DNA from: Candidatus Goldiibacteriota bacterium
GTDB lineage: Bacteria; Oederibacteriota; PGYV01; DSYL01
DNA: 34,336 bases
Assembly: GCA_026414685.1 (NCBI GenBank)
Contig: JAOAIN010000069.1
Span: forward strand, 1 to 34,336
Direction of reading: 5' to 3'
Each line of letters begins with the position of its first letter. The first letter of the stretch is position 1. Made by a program: the position numbers and the translations under genes. The notes below the pieces were generated by a model. The model saw only the letters and a program-made list of their open reading frames with translations. It was not told the DNA's origin and searched no databases. Below, piece after piece: positions 26,172 to 33,514 of this stretch.

Positions 26172-27774
26172 AATCAAATGTTTTATAGCACAGATAAATA
26201 CAACTGTTGGTGACATAGATGGTAATACAAAAAAAATAATCAATTTGATTAAAGAAGCTAGGGATAATGAATGTGATTTGATAATTTTCCCTGAACTCGC
26301 AATTACAGGTTATCCACCAGAAGATTTGTTACTGAAAGATAATTTTATTAAAAGTAATATCAGCGCTTTAAAAAAAATAGCTAATTACACAAAAAATATA
26401 TCTGCTGTTGTTGGTTTTGTATGTAAAAAAGATAAAAAGAGATACAATTCTGCGGCTTTCCTGCAGAATGGAAAAATAAAAAATATTTATTATAAAATTT
26501 ATCTTCCCAATTACAGTGTTTTTGACGAAAAAAGATATTTTGAGTCAGGAGATAAAAATGTAATTGTTGGTATAGGCAATAAAAAATTTGCATTGACAGT
26601 TTGTGAGGATTTATGGGTTGAAAATTTATATCTTAAAAAAATAAAAAAAAGAATAAATTATATTATAAATATTAGTGCGTCTCCTTATTATATGCAAAAA
26701 TGGAAAGAACGTATTAAAATTTTCAAAAAACAAGCGATTAATTATGAAGCAGGCATTTTATTTTGCAATATGATAGGTGGTCAGGATGAACTTGTTTTTG
26801 ATGGTCATTCTTTTGTTATGAATAAAAAAGGCAATGTTATATTGCAAGGTGTTCAATTCAAAGAAGATAACATAATTTTTGAACTTGATGGAGAAAATAA
26901 AAATATTATTATGGAATATAATCCATTATCAAAAGTTGAAGAAATTTATGAAGCTCTGAAACTTGGGACTCTTGACTATATCAAAAAAAATGGATTTAAA
27001 AAAGTTGTTATTGGTTTAAGTGGTGGTATTGATTCTGCGTTGGTTGCCACCATTGCGGTTGATATACTAGGCAAAGAAAATGTCAAACTTATTTTTATGC
27101 CAACAAAGTATACTTCAAAAATGTCATTTGATGATGCAAAGAAACTCAGCGAAAATTTAGGTGCTGATTTAACAGTTATATCAATTCAAAATATATTTGA
27201 TTTATATTTAAATGAACTTAAAGAATTTTTTAAAGGAACAGAACCCGATATAACAGAAGAAAATTTACAAGCAAGGATAAGGGGAAATATACTGATGGCT
27301 TTTTCAAATAAATTTAATTATCTTGTTTTGACCACAGGAAATAAAAGTGAAATGTCAACAGGTTATGCAACTTTGTATGGGGATATGGCTGGTGGTTTTG
27401 CTGTGTTAAAAGATGTTCCAAAAACGCTGGTATATGAAATAGCACGGTTGATAAATAAAAAAGCTGGTTATGATAGAATACCAGAGAATATTTTGAAAAA
27501 AGCACCAACAGCTGAATTGAAATATAATCAAAAAGACCAGGATACATTGCCGCCCTATGAATTGCTTGATAGAATAATAGAAGATTACATAGAAAAAGAT
27601 AAAACATATACTGATTTGAAAAATAAATATGGCAGAGAAATCTTAAAGAAGGTAATAAGAATGATTGATTTAAGTGAATATAAGAGGCGACAATCACCAC
27701 CAGGAGTAAAAATTACTCCAAAAGCATTTGGAAAAGACAGGAGAATGCCAATAACGAATAAATATATTCAATGA
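26161..27774 (+). CDS. nadE: Glutamine-dependent NAD+ synthetase (CN-hydrolase + NAD synthetase domains)
   Basis: The N-terminal nitrilase-like domain has 'LIIFPELAITGYPPEDL' and 'ALTVCEDLW'. The C-terminal PP-loop has 'VVIGLSGGIDSALVA', 'TTGNKSEMSTGYATLYGDMAGGFAVLKDVPKT' and 'YKRRQSPPG'. It overlaps the upstream gene by 11 nt. Confidence 0.92.
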   Translation: MKDKIKCFIAQINTTVGDIDGNTKKIINLIKEARDNECDLIIFPELAITGYPPEDLLLKDNFIKSNISALKKIANYTKNISAVVGFVCKKDKKRYNSAAFLQNGKIKNIYYKIYLPNYSVFDEKRYFESGDKNVIVGIGNKKFALTVCEDLWVENLYLKKIKKRINYIINISASPYYMQKWKERIKIFKKQAINYEAGILFCNMIGGQDELVFDGHSFVMNKKGNVILQGVQFKEDNIIFELDGENKNIIMEYNPLSKVEEIYEALKLGTLDYIKKNGFKKVVIGLSGGIDSALVATIAVDILGKENVKLIFMPTKYTSKMSFDDAKKLSENLGADLTVISIQNIFDLYLNELKEFFKGTEPDITEENLQARIRGNILMAFSNKFNYLVLTTGNKSEMSTGYATLYGDMAGGFAVLKDVPKTLVYEIARLINKKAGYDRIPENILKKAPTAELKYNQKDQDTLPPYELLDRIIEDYIEKDKTYTDLKNKYGREILKKVIRMIDLSEYKRRQSPPGVKITPKAFGKDRRMPITNKYIQ

Positions 27775-27799
27775 ATTTAAAAAATGAATTGAGGTAAAT

Positions 27800-28276
27800 A
27801 TGATTTTAATAAGTGCATGTTTATGTGGAGTAAATTGCAGACATGATGGTTGTATAATAGAGAATGAAAAATTACAAAAATTGGTAAGTCAAAGAAAGGC
27901 ACTACCTCTTTGTCCAGAAGTTTTAGGTGGCAGAAGTGTTCCAAGAGAGCCAGCAGAGATAGTTGGTGGTAGTGCGGATGATGTGATAAATGGATTTGCA
28001 AAAGTTATGGATATCACAGGTAAAGATGTAACGGATGAAACCATAACCGGTGTTTTATATGTTGTTGCGACTGTGAAAAAACTAGGAATAAAAACAGCCA
28101 TATTAAAAACAAAAAGTCCAACATGTGGTATGGGTAAAATTTTTGATGGTTCTTTTTCTGGAAAACTTATTGATGGAAATGGTATTTTAACAGCGGCATT
28201 ATTAAAGGAAGGAATAGATGTATATACAGAGGATAACTGTGCTGAATTGGTGAAAAAATTGCTAAATGAAGAATAG
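27800..28276 (+). CDS. DUF523 family protein (TudS-like 2-thiouracil desulfurase family)
   Basis: 'ILISACLCGVNCRHDG', 'LCPEVLGG' and 'KSPTCG' are the conserved Cys blocks of DUF523. SD TGAGGT upstream. Confidence 0.8.
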   Translation: MILISACLCGVNCRHDGCIIENEKLQKLVSQRKALPLCPEVLGGRSVPREPAEIVGGSADDVINGFAKVMDITGKDVTDETITGVLYVVATVKKLGIKTAILKTKSPTCGMGKIFDGSFSGKLIDGNGILTAALLKEGIDVYTEDNCAELVKKLLNEE

Positions 28277-28569
28277 TTTTTGTAAAAGTATAAAAACATG
28301 TTCAAACACTTAATAATAATTATTTTTTATGGAAAATGAATGATACTAAATAAAGTAAAACCAGAGATAAAAAACGTGAATGGATGACTCTTATATATTG
28401 AAATAAATAAAATAAGAGCAATGTCTCCTCAAACAAAAAATATTTACTTTCTTGCTAACATTCCTATTCTAACTTTTACTCTATTTCAACAAATACACCA
28501 TGACTAAAATCTAAACCAAAGTTAAGATCTAAAAAAAATATTAGAACAACTCCGTAAACAACACACGAA

Positions 28570-28599
28570 AAGGTATCATTAATTTTAAAAGAATACCTT
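28570..28599 (-). terminator. Weak hairpin + U-tract on the minus strand (possible end of the pfkB-operon transcript or of a small RNA)
   Basis: AAGGTAT (28570-28576) pairs with ATACCTT (28593-28599), a 7-bp stem with a 16-nt loop. On the minus strand it is followed by TTTCGTGTGTTGTTT. The stem is short and AT-rich and the loop is long. Confidence 0.2.
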
Positions 28600-28812
28600 A
28601 TAGTCTTGCTTAACAATTAACCGGTAAAAAAATTAGAATAAAGGTTATGATAAACATTCAGAAAAAATATACATACAAAATATATTGATGATACTGGTAG
28701 ATTTATATTTAAACAGTTATAAATTGATTAGTATGTTATTTCTGTGGAAAAAACATATATTCAAAAAAAGTAGTGGTATTTTTTTATTTTAAATAAAGGG
28801 AAAAATACAGAT

Positions 28813-29748
28813 TTAATAATTTAAAATTTTTACTTTTTTGATATAAGAGCGTGCTTCTGCAGCTGTAAAAAAACATGAACCAAAATGTTGTAAATTTGCA
28901 GTTGCACAAGAAATAGCAAATTTTATTGATTCTTTTATATTATTCCATGATTCTATCCCAAAAGCAAGGCCTGCTGTGAATGCGTCTCCGCTTCCTACTG
29001 GGGAAATGGCATTTTTTATTTTTATTGAGGGGAAAAAATAAGAATTATTATTTTCAAAAAGTATAGCGCCTTTTTGATGAAGTGTGACAATAACTGCTTT
29101 TAATTTGTATTTATCAAGTAAATTAAAACAGAATTTTTTTATTTTTGTTTTTGTATTTAACCGAACATTAAAGGCAGATTGTAGTTCATCTAAATTCTGT
29201 TTTATTAAAGATGGACCTGCTTTTATTCCATATCTCAAATATTTGGCAGAAGTATCCAGAATGATGAAACAATTTTTATTACAGGATTTTATAGCATGAA
29301 AATAAAAATCAACAGGTAAGGATAAAGGTAAACTGCCTGAAAATATAATTATTTTTGAATTTTTTGAAAGGTTATTTAATTTATTTAGAAATTTTATTAT
29401 TGCATTTTTAGTTATTTTAAAAGATGATTCGCTGTTTATTATTGTTTCTCTTTTTTTTATAGTTTCGGTTATTATAATACAGGGGCGGTTTGAGCCACTT
29501 ACTTTAATAAAATCTGATTTTACCATGTATTGCTCAAGAAAGCTTTTCATTGATTCAAAATCATTAGAACCACAAAAACCAGTAGAAACAACATGACTTC
29601 CAAGATTTGCAAGGGCACGTGCTACATTAGTTCCTTTTCCGCCTGGATATGCTGCAATCCAGGGAGTTCTTGTAACACTTGAAAGTTTTAAATCAGGAAG
29701 TGGAATCACAATATCTATTGTTGAATTTAAATTTACTGTGGTTATCAT
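28813..29748 (-). CDS. PfkB-family sugar-phosphate kinase (1-phosphofructokinase / tagatose-6-P kinase subfamily); true start ATG 29748
   Basis: 'MITTVNLNSTIDIV', 'GGKGTNVARALANLG' and 'AISPVGSGDAFTAGLAFG'. ATG 29748 forms an ATGA overlap with the stop of the upstream UbiA-family gene (29748-29745). The 13-codon extension in the track lies inside that gene. Confidence 0.88.
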   Translation of the reverse strand: MITTVNLNSTIDIVIPLPDLKLSSVTRTPWIAAYPGGKGTNVARALANLGSHVVSTGFCGSNDFESMKSFLEQYMVKSDFIKVSGSNRPCIIITETIKKRETIINSESSFKITKNAIIKFLNKLNNLSKNSKIIIFSGSLPLSLPVDFYFHAIKSCNKNCFIILDTSAKYLRYGIKAGPSLIKQNLDELQSAFNVRLNTKTKIKKFCFNLLDKYKLKAVIVTLHQKGAILFENNNSYFFPSIKIKNAISPVGSGDAFTAGLAFGIESWNNIKESIKFAISCATANLQHFGSCFFTAAEARSYIKKVKILNY

Positions 29749-30617
29749 TTTACGAAATAAACTATAATTATTATGGAAAGAATCCAAAGGATTATGTTTA
29801 TTATTGTTGGAATGTCTTTTGTAAATATATATTCAGGATTTCCACCAAGATTTTTTTTGTGTATCAGATATAGATATCTGAAAATGCCATATAAGACAAA
29901 AGGCATAGTGAGTAATAAATAATTGTGTTTTAATGCTGTTTCAGAAGTAAATGTATACAGCGCATATGCTGATATGGTGGATGCCGTTGTTACTGAAATC
30001 ATTTCATCAAGTAAAGGTATTGAATATTCCTGTAAAATTTTTCTATGTTTTATTGCCGATGATAAACTCAACTCATATCTTCTTTTTGCAAGTATTACAA
30101 AAAGAGCAAGAAGAGAAGTGCAGATTAAAAGCCATGGAGAAATTTCCACGTTTATAATAATCGCACCTGAAACAGCTCTTAAAACATAATTTGTAGCAAC
30201 AATCAGTATATCAAGGATTACAATATTTTTTAACTTAAATGTATAAGCAACTGATAACAGAATATAAACAAGGATGATAACAAAAAAATTTTTTTCAATT
30301 ATAAAAGAACCAAACAAAGATACTAAAAGCATAATGAGGGAAATTGAGATGGCAAAAGATGATTTGATTTTTCCAGAAGCTATTGGTCTATTTTTTTTGA
30401 TTGGATGATATCTGTCTTCTTTGGCATCTTTAATATCATTAAAAATATAGATGCTGCTTGAGGCAAAACAGAGAAGAATAAAACCAACGGTTGTTTTCAA
30501 TAATAGATTAAAGTTAAAAAGATTATTTGTAAATATTAATGCAATATAAATAAGAAAATTTTTAATCCATTGTCTTATTCTTAATAATTCAAAAAATATT
30601 TTTATATTGTCTTTCAT
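29745..30617 (-). CDS. UbiA-superfamily prenyltransferase, decaprenyl-phosphate phosphoribosyltransferase (DPPRS, Rv3806c)-like
   Basis: 'LRIRQWIKNFLIYIALIF' and 'IYIFNDIKDAKEDRYHPIKKNRPIASGKI' match the family pattern RxxQWxKN and NDxxDxxxDRxHPxKxxRPIAxG. About 8 TM helices. Confidence 0.85.
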   Translation of the reverse strand: MKDNIKIFFELLRIRQWIKNFLIYIALIFTNNLFNFNLLLKTTVGFILLCFASSSIYIFNDIKDAKEDRYHPIKKNRPIASGKIKSSFAISISLIMLLVSLFGSFIIEKNFFVIILVYILLSVAYTFKLKNIVILDILIVATNYVLRAVSGAIIINVEISPWLLICTSLLALFVILAKRRYELSLSSAIKHRKILQEYSIPLLDEMISVTTASTISAYALYTFTSETALKHNYLLLTMPFVLYGIFRYLYLIHKKNLGGNPEYIFTKDIPTIINIILWILSIIIIVYFVK

Positions 30618-30628
30618 TATAAGAATTT

Positions 30629-31258
30629 TTATGGTATGAGGCGGACGTTATCTATATATAAAATCACATCTTTTTCTTCTTTTGCTGTGTTTAAATACAA
30701 TGATAAAAGAACAATTGATTCTGTATTTATTCTTGCTGCTTTTACTTCATCCAGAATAACTTCAAGTTTGTTTCTGCCATTTTTTATCTGTTTTGTTGTT
30801 ATATATTCTTTACCAAAATTATCAACAAATTTAATAAAGAGATCTCTATCCTTTGTATCCGGGACATATATATCAACCCCGAATTTTTTATATTTACTCC
30901 AGTCAGTGACTTTTAACCTCGTTAAGGTAGAAATGGAAAGTGTAATACCTGCAAACCATTCAGTTACCTGTGCTGCTTTTGTGGTGGATAGAAAATCAGC
31001 AGGAATTGAGAAAATCGCCTGGGCTGAGTGTTTACCATTGGTTGCATATTTTTTGAATTGTTCTAATTTTACAAACCCATTGGTTTCCCAATCAAAATCA
31101 CCAATTGCTGTTTCAGATGGAGTAACTTCAAAACTGCAGAGCAATCCCTTTTCTTTTAGTAATGCTTTTGTTGTTTTCTTTGCTCCACAACCAGCAAAAA
31201 TAATAACAAAAACAATAATTATTACCATCAGTGTTTTTAATATTCCATATCTGTTCAC
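30629..31258 (-). CDS. Lipoprotein with CBM-like beta-sandwich domain; start GTG 31258
   Basis: GGAGGG (31270-31265), a 6-nt spacer, then GTG 31258. This gives MNRYGILKTLMVIIIVFVIIFAGC with lipobox FAGC. The body 'GDFDWETNGF..KHSAQAIF..VTDWSKYKKFGVDIYVPD..LFIKFVD..GRNKLEVIL..ILYIDNVRLIP' has the pattern of carbohydrate-binding jelly-roll modules. The track start TTG 31297 lies upstream of the predicted -10. Confidence 0.75.
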   Translation of the reverse strand: MNRYGILKTLMVIIIVFVIIFAGCGAKKTTKALLKEKGLLCSFEVTPSETAIGDFDWETNGFVKLEQFKKYATNGKHSAQAIFSIPADFLSTTKAAQVTEWFAGITLSISTLTRLKVTDWSKYKKFGVDIYVPDTKDRDLFIKFVDNFGKEYITTKQIKNGRNKLEVILDEVKAARINTESIVLLSLYLNTAKEEKDVILYIDNVRLIP

Positions 31259-31287
31259 TGTAAGCCCTCCATTAAATAGTTTGTTGT

Positions 31288-31317
31288 ATTTTATCAACTT
31301 TTATATTGTTTTGTCAA
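31288..31317 (-). promoter_or_regulatory. Sigma70-type promoter for the lipoprotein-ubiA-pfkB operon (TTGACA-18 nt-TAAAAT with TG extension)
   Basis: The reverse complement of 31312-31317 is TTGACA and that of 31288-31293 is TAAAAT, preceded by TGA (extended -10). The spacer is 18 nt. It lies about 30 nt upstream of the GTG start. Confidence 0.45.
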
Positions 31318-31486
31318 TTGTTAAAAAGGTTAATTTATGTAAAAAAAAGTGTAAAATTTAAAATTATTCATTTATTGATAGGATTTTTATATTTTCACTT
31401 TTTACCCAAGGTGGATTGTATTAAGGCGGATTTAGTATAAATTGTTAACTAGCCTTAAAAAGGTTCTTGTATAAATATTTTAAGTG

Positions 31487-31515
31487 GTTTCGTAAATACC
31501 CTTAAAATACTTTTA
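31487..31515 (+). repeat. Left copy of an imperfect ~28-nt direct repeat flanking the GGDEF gene
   Basis: GTTTCGTAAATACCCTTAAAATACTTTTA aligns by eye with 33015-33040 GTTCGTAAATAGTAAAATATACTTTA. The shared blocks are GTT(T)CGTAAATA, TAAAATA and ACTTT(T)A, about 22 matched positions. TGGTTTCG..TAAATAC also recurs at 33044-33063. Confidence 0.3.
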
Positions 31516-31675
31516 TCTTCTATTACCTTCGTATCAACTGTTTGGTTAATCAACTTTTGCTTCATACACTTTTCTCTATGAATTATTCAAAAAATGTAAT
31601 CAATCAATTTTTTAAAATAACATTTTCTTCTCTTTTGGAATAAGGTAAGTTGTGATGATAAAAAATAGTATTTTA

Positions 31676-31684
31676 TGATATAAT
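31676..31684 (+). promoter_or_regulatory. Extended -10 element (TGATATAAT) for the GGDEF gene
   Basis: TGATATAAT at 31676-31684, 34 nt upstream of GTG 31718, with AAGGAG at 31704-31709. Confidence 0.4.
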
Positions 31685-31717
31685 AATTTTAATGAAATTT
31701 AAAAAGGAGATAAAAGA

Positions 31718-32965
31718 GTGCTAAAAGATATTTTATTATTTTCAAGGAAATATAAAATTGAATTTGTTGTTGTCTCTTTCATTTTAATATTATTTTTTCA
31801 GTTTTTCTATCGTGACAGTATGTTCATTATTTATAAAAGAATAAATTTTAAAATATTAATGCTTTTGTTATCTTTTATTGTTTTTCTTGTTGCTATTGTT
31901 TCATATCCGAAAATCTATAAATTCAAAATGCTTTTATCTGCTTTTGTTTTGAGTGCTTTTATAATCAATTTTATTATCATTGATATAAATATGCCTTCTT
32001 CTTTAAAAATTATGGGACTTATTAATCCACATACTAAATCAATAAAACTTCCTGAGAATTTTGCTTTTAAATTTTTACTGACACTGCTTAATCTTAATCT
32101 GATGCTTGTTATTATTTCCAATTCCTATGTGACATACAGCACGGGAAATACAATTTCATGGACTGCTTTTTTTACCAATATTATTTTATATCAGTTCATC
32201 ATAATGTGGCTTCCTTTGAAACCCTCTTCAGAATTTGTTATTTTTTTTAATAAATACAATTTTTCAATTAATCTCTTTCTTTTATTCCTTATAATTTTAT
32301 TTTCTTTTTTCAATATAGAAGAAGAGCATAATTATGGAAGTATAATAGTTGGTCTTGCTTTGATTGTTTTTTATTGTAATATGCAGGTGAATTACATTGG
32401 AAAATTAAAATTGATGATGCCTTTGATGTGTGTATTGTTGATATGGGGTATGTTTGCTCATTGGCTCACCTGTCTTCATCATAAAGCGCATTATGATCCA
32501 TTACTTAAAATATATAACAGGCAATATATGAATTCAATAATAGATGGACTCATAGATGTGAAACTTGGTAATAAATTTTCAATTTTAATGTGTGATATTG
32601 ATCATTTTAAAAAAATAAATGATACATACGGTCATACTGCTGGAGATATTGTATTGCATAATATTGCCCAGATAATAAGAGAAGCGTCTTTACCAGAGGG
32701 TATTGCCTGCAGATACGGTGGTGAAGAGGTGATAATTTTTTTAAGAGAAAAAATAGATGATGAGGCATATAACAAAGCAGAAAAAATAAGAAAAATGGTA
32801 AAAAAGGCATCAATAAAATATAAAAATAAGACAATCAAAGTTACAATGTCAATAGGTGTGGCTTCCACAAAATCAGGATTGTCAGATATACATAAGACAA
32901 TTAAACGTGCGGATGAAAATGTTTATAAGGCCAAAAAGGCAGGTAGAGATAGGGTAGTTATGTAA
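31718..32965 (+). CDS. Membrane-bound diguanylate cyclase (about 8 TM N-domain of unknown type + GGDEF domain with GGEEV motif)
   Basis: 'YNRQYMNSIIDG', 'ILMCDIDHFKKINDTYGHTAGDIVL', 'CRYGGEEVIIFL', 'MSIGVAS' and 'ADENVYKAKKAGRDRV'. GTG start with AAGGAG 8 nt upstream. Confidence 0.9.
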   Translation: MLKDILLFSRKYKIEFVVVSFILILFFQFFYRDSMFIIYKRINFKILMLLLSFIVFLVAIVSYPKIYKFKMLLSAFVLSAFIINFIIIDINMPSSLKIMGLINPHTKSIKLPENFAFKFLLTLLNLNLMLVIISNSYVTYSTGNTISWTAFFTNIILYQFIIMWLPLKPSSEFVIFFNKYNFSINLFLLFLIILFSFFNIEEEHNYGSIIVGLALIVFYCNMQVNYIGKLKLMMPLMCVLLIWGMFAHWLTCLHHKAHYDPLLKIYNRQYMNSIIDGLIDVKLGNKFSILMCDIDHFKKINDTYGHTAGDIVLHNIAQIIREASLPEGIACRYGGEEVIIFLREKIDDEAYNKAEKIRKMVKKASIKYKNKTIKVTMSIGVASTKSGLSDIHKTIKRADENVYKAKKAGRDRVVM

Positions 32966-33014
32966 TAAAATGGCAAATGTTGTATGAAAGACGTTCTAAA
33001 ATAGTTCAAACATA

Positions 33015-33040
33015 GTTCGTAAATAGTAAAATATACTTTA
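33015..33040 (+). repeat. Right copy of the imperfect direct repeat flanking the GGDEF gene
   Basis: See 31487-31515. This copy is embedded in three tandem 11-mers (TAGTTCAAACA / TAGTTCGTAAA / TAGTAAAATAT, 33002-33034). An inverted TTTACGAA follows at 33072-33079. Confidence 0.3.
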
Positions 33041-33199
33041 CTCTGGTTTCGAATTTTAAATACTCTAAGTTTTTACGAAGCGTAAATTTATGGCAGGTGG
33101 CAAATTTTTTCAAATCTTATAGATCTTCAGATTTGGAGATTAAGGATATATAAAATTTGAAAGATCAGAAAATTTTGAAATCTTTCACGGAGGTTTTTT

Positions 33200-33514
33200 A
33201 TGAAGATATCAGTAGTATTTATAACCATCGATAAAAAAAATTCAGCGGATAAAATTGCAAAAATATTACTGAATAAAAGATTATGTGCATGTGTGAATAT
33301 AATAAAAAATGTTGAATCGCATTACTGGTGGAAGGGAAAAAAAGAAAAAGCAAAGGAATATTTACTGGTAATAAAAACGAAAAAAAATTTGGTAGATAAA
33401 CTTATAAATGAAACTAAAAAAGTACATCCATATACTGTTCCTGAAATAATTGCTTTTGATGTAGAAAAAGGAAATTTTGATTATATTAACTGGGTTATAA
33501 AAGAAACAATATAA
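33200..33514 (+). CDS. cutA: Divalent-cation tolerance protein CutA
   Basis: 'LCACVNII..VESHYWWKGKKEKAKEYLLVIKT' and 'VHPYTVPEIIAFDVEKGNFDYINWV'. SD GGAGG 6 nt upstream. 104 aa. Confidence 0.9.
   Translation: MKISVVFITIDKKNSADKIAKILLNKRLCACVNIIKNVESHYWWKGKKEKAKEYLLVIKTKKNLVDKLINETKKVHPYTVPEIIAFDVEKGNFDYINWVIKETI

Noticed and set aside
26313-26321. TTATCCACC, a near DnaA box
   Set aside because: It is a single copy inside nadE coding sequence. There is no cluster, no adjacent AT-rich unwinding element and no dnaA/dnaN context.
30636-31361. 241-aa plus-strand ORF covering the whole lipoprotein gene in antisense; a long open antisense frame is surprising in AT-rich DNA
   Set aside because: The product is S/F/I-rich mirror-image sequence with no SD or recognisable domain. 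Openness only requires that the few Tyr/His/Gln codons of the sense gene follow codons ending in A/G, which is plausible by chance for one gene in about 30. The minus-strand gene has an SD, promoter, lipobox and domain-like sequence.
1099-33086. TTCGTAAA / CGTAAA motif seen in several spacers (about 1101, 28554, 31489, 33017, inverted at 33072, and 33081) as a possible global regulator site
   Set aside because: The hexamer is short enough to occur roughly 20 times by chance in 34 kb on both strands. It also occurs inside coding sequence (the UbiA 3' end at about 29749-29756). Only the longer alignment flanking the GGDEF gene was kept as a finding.
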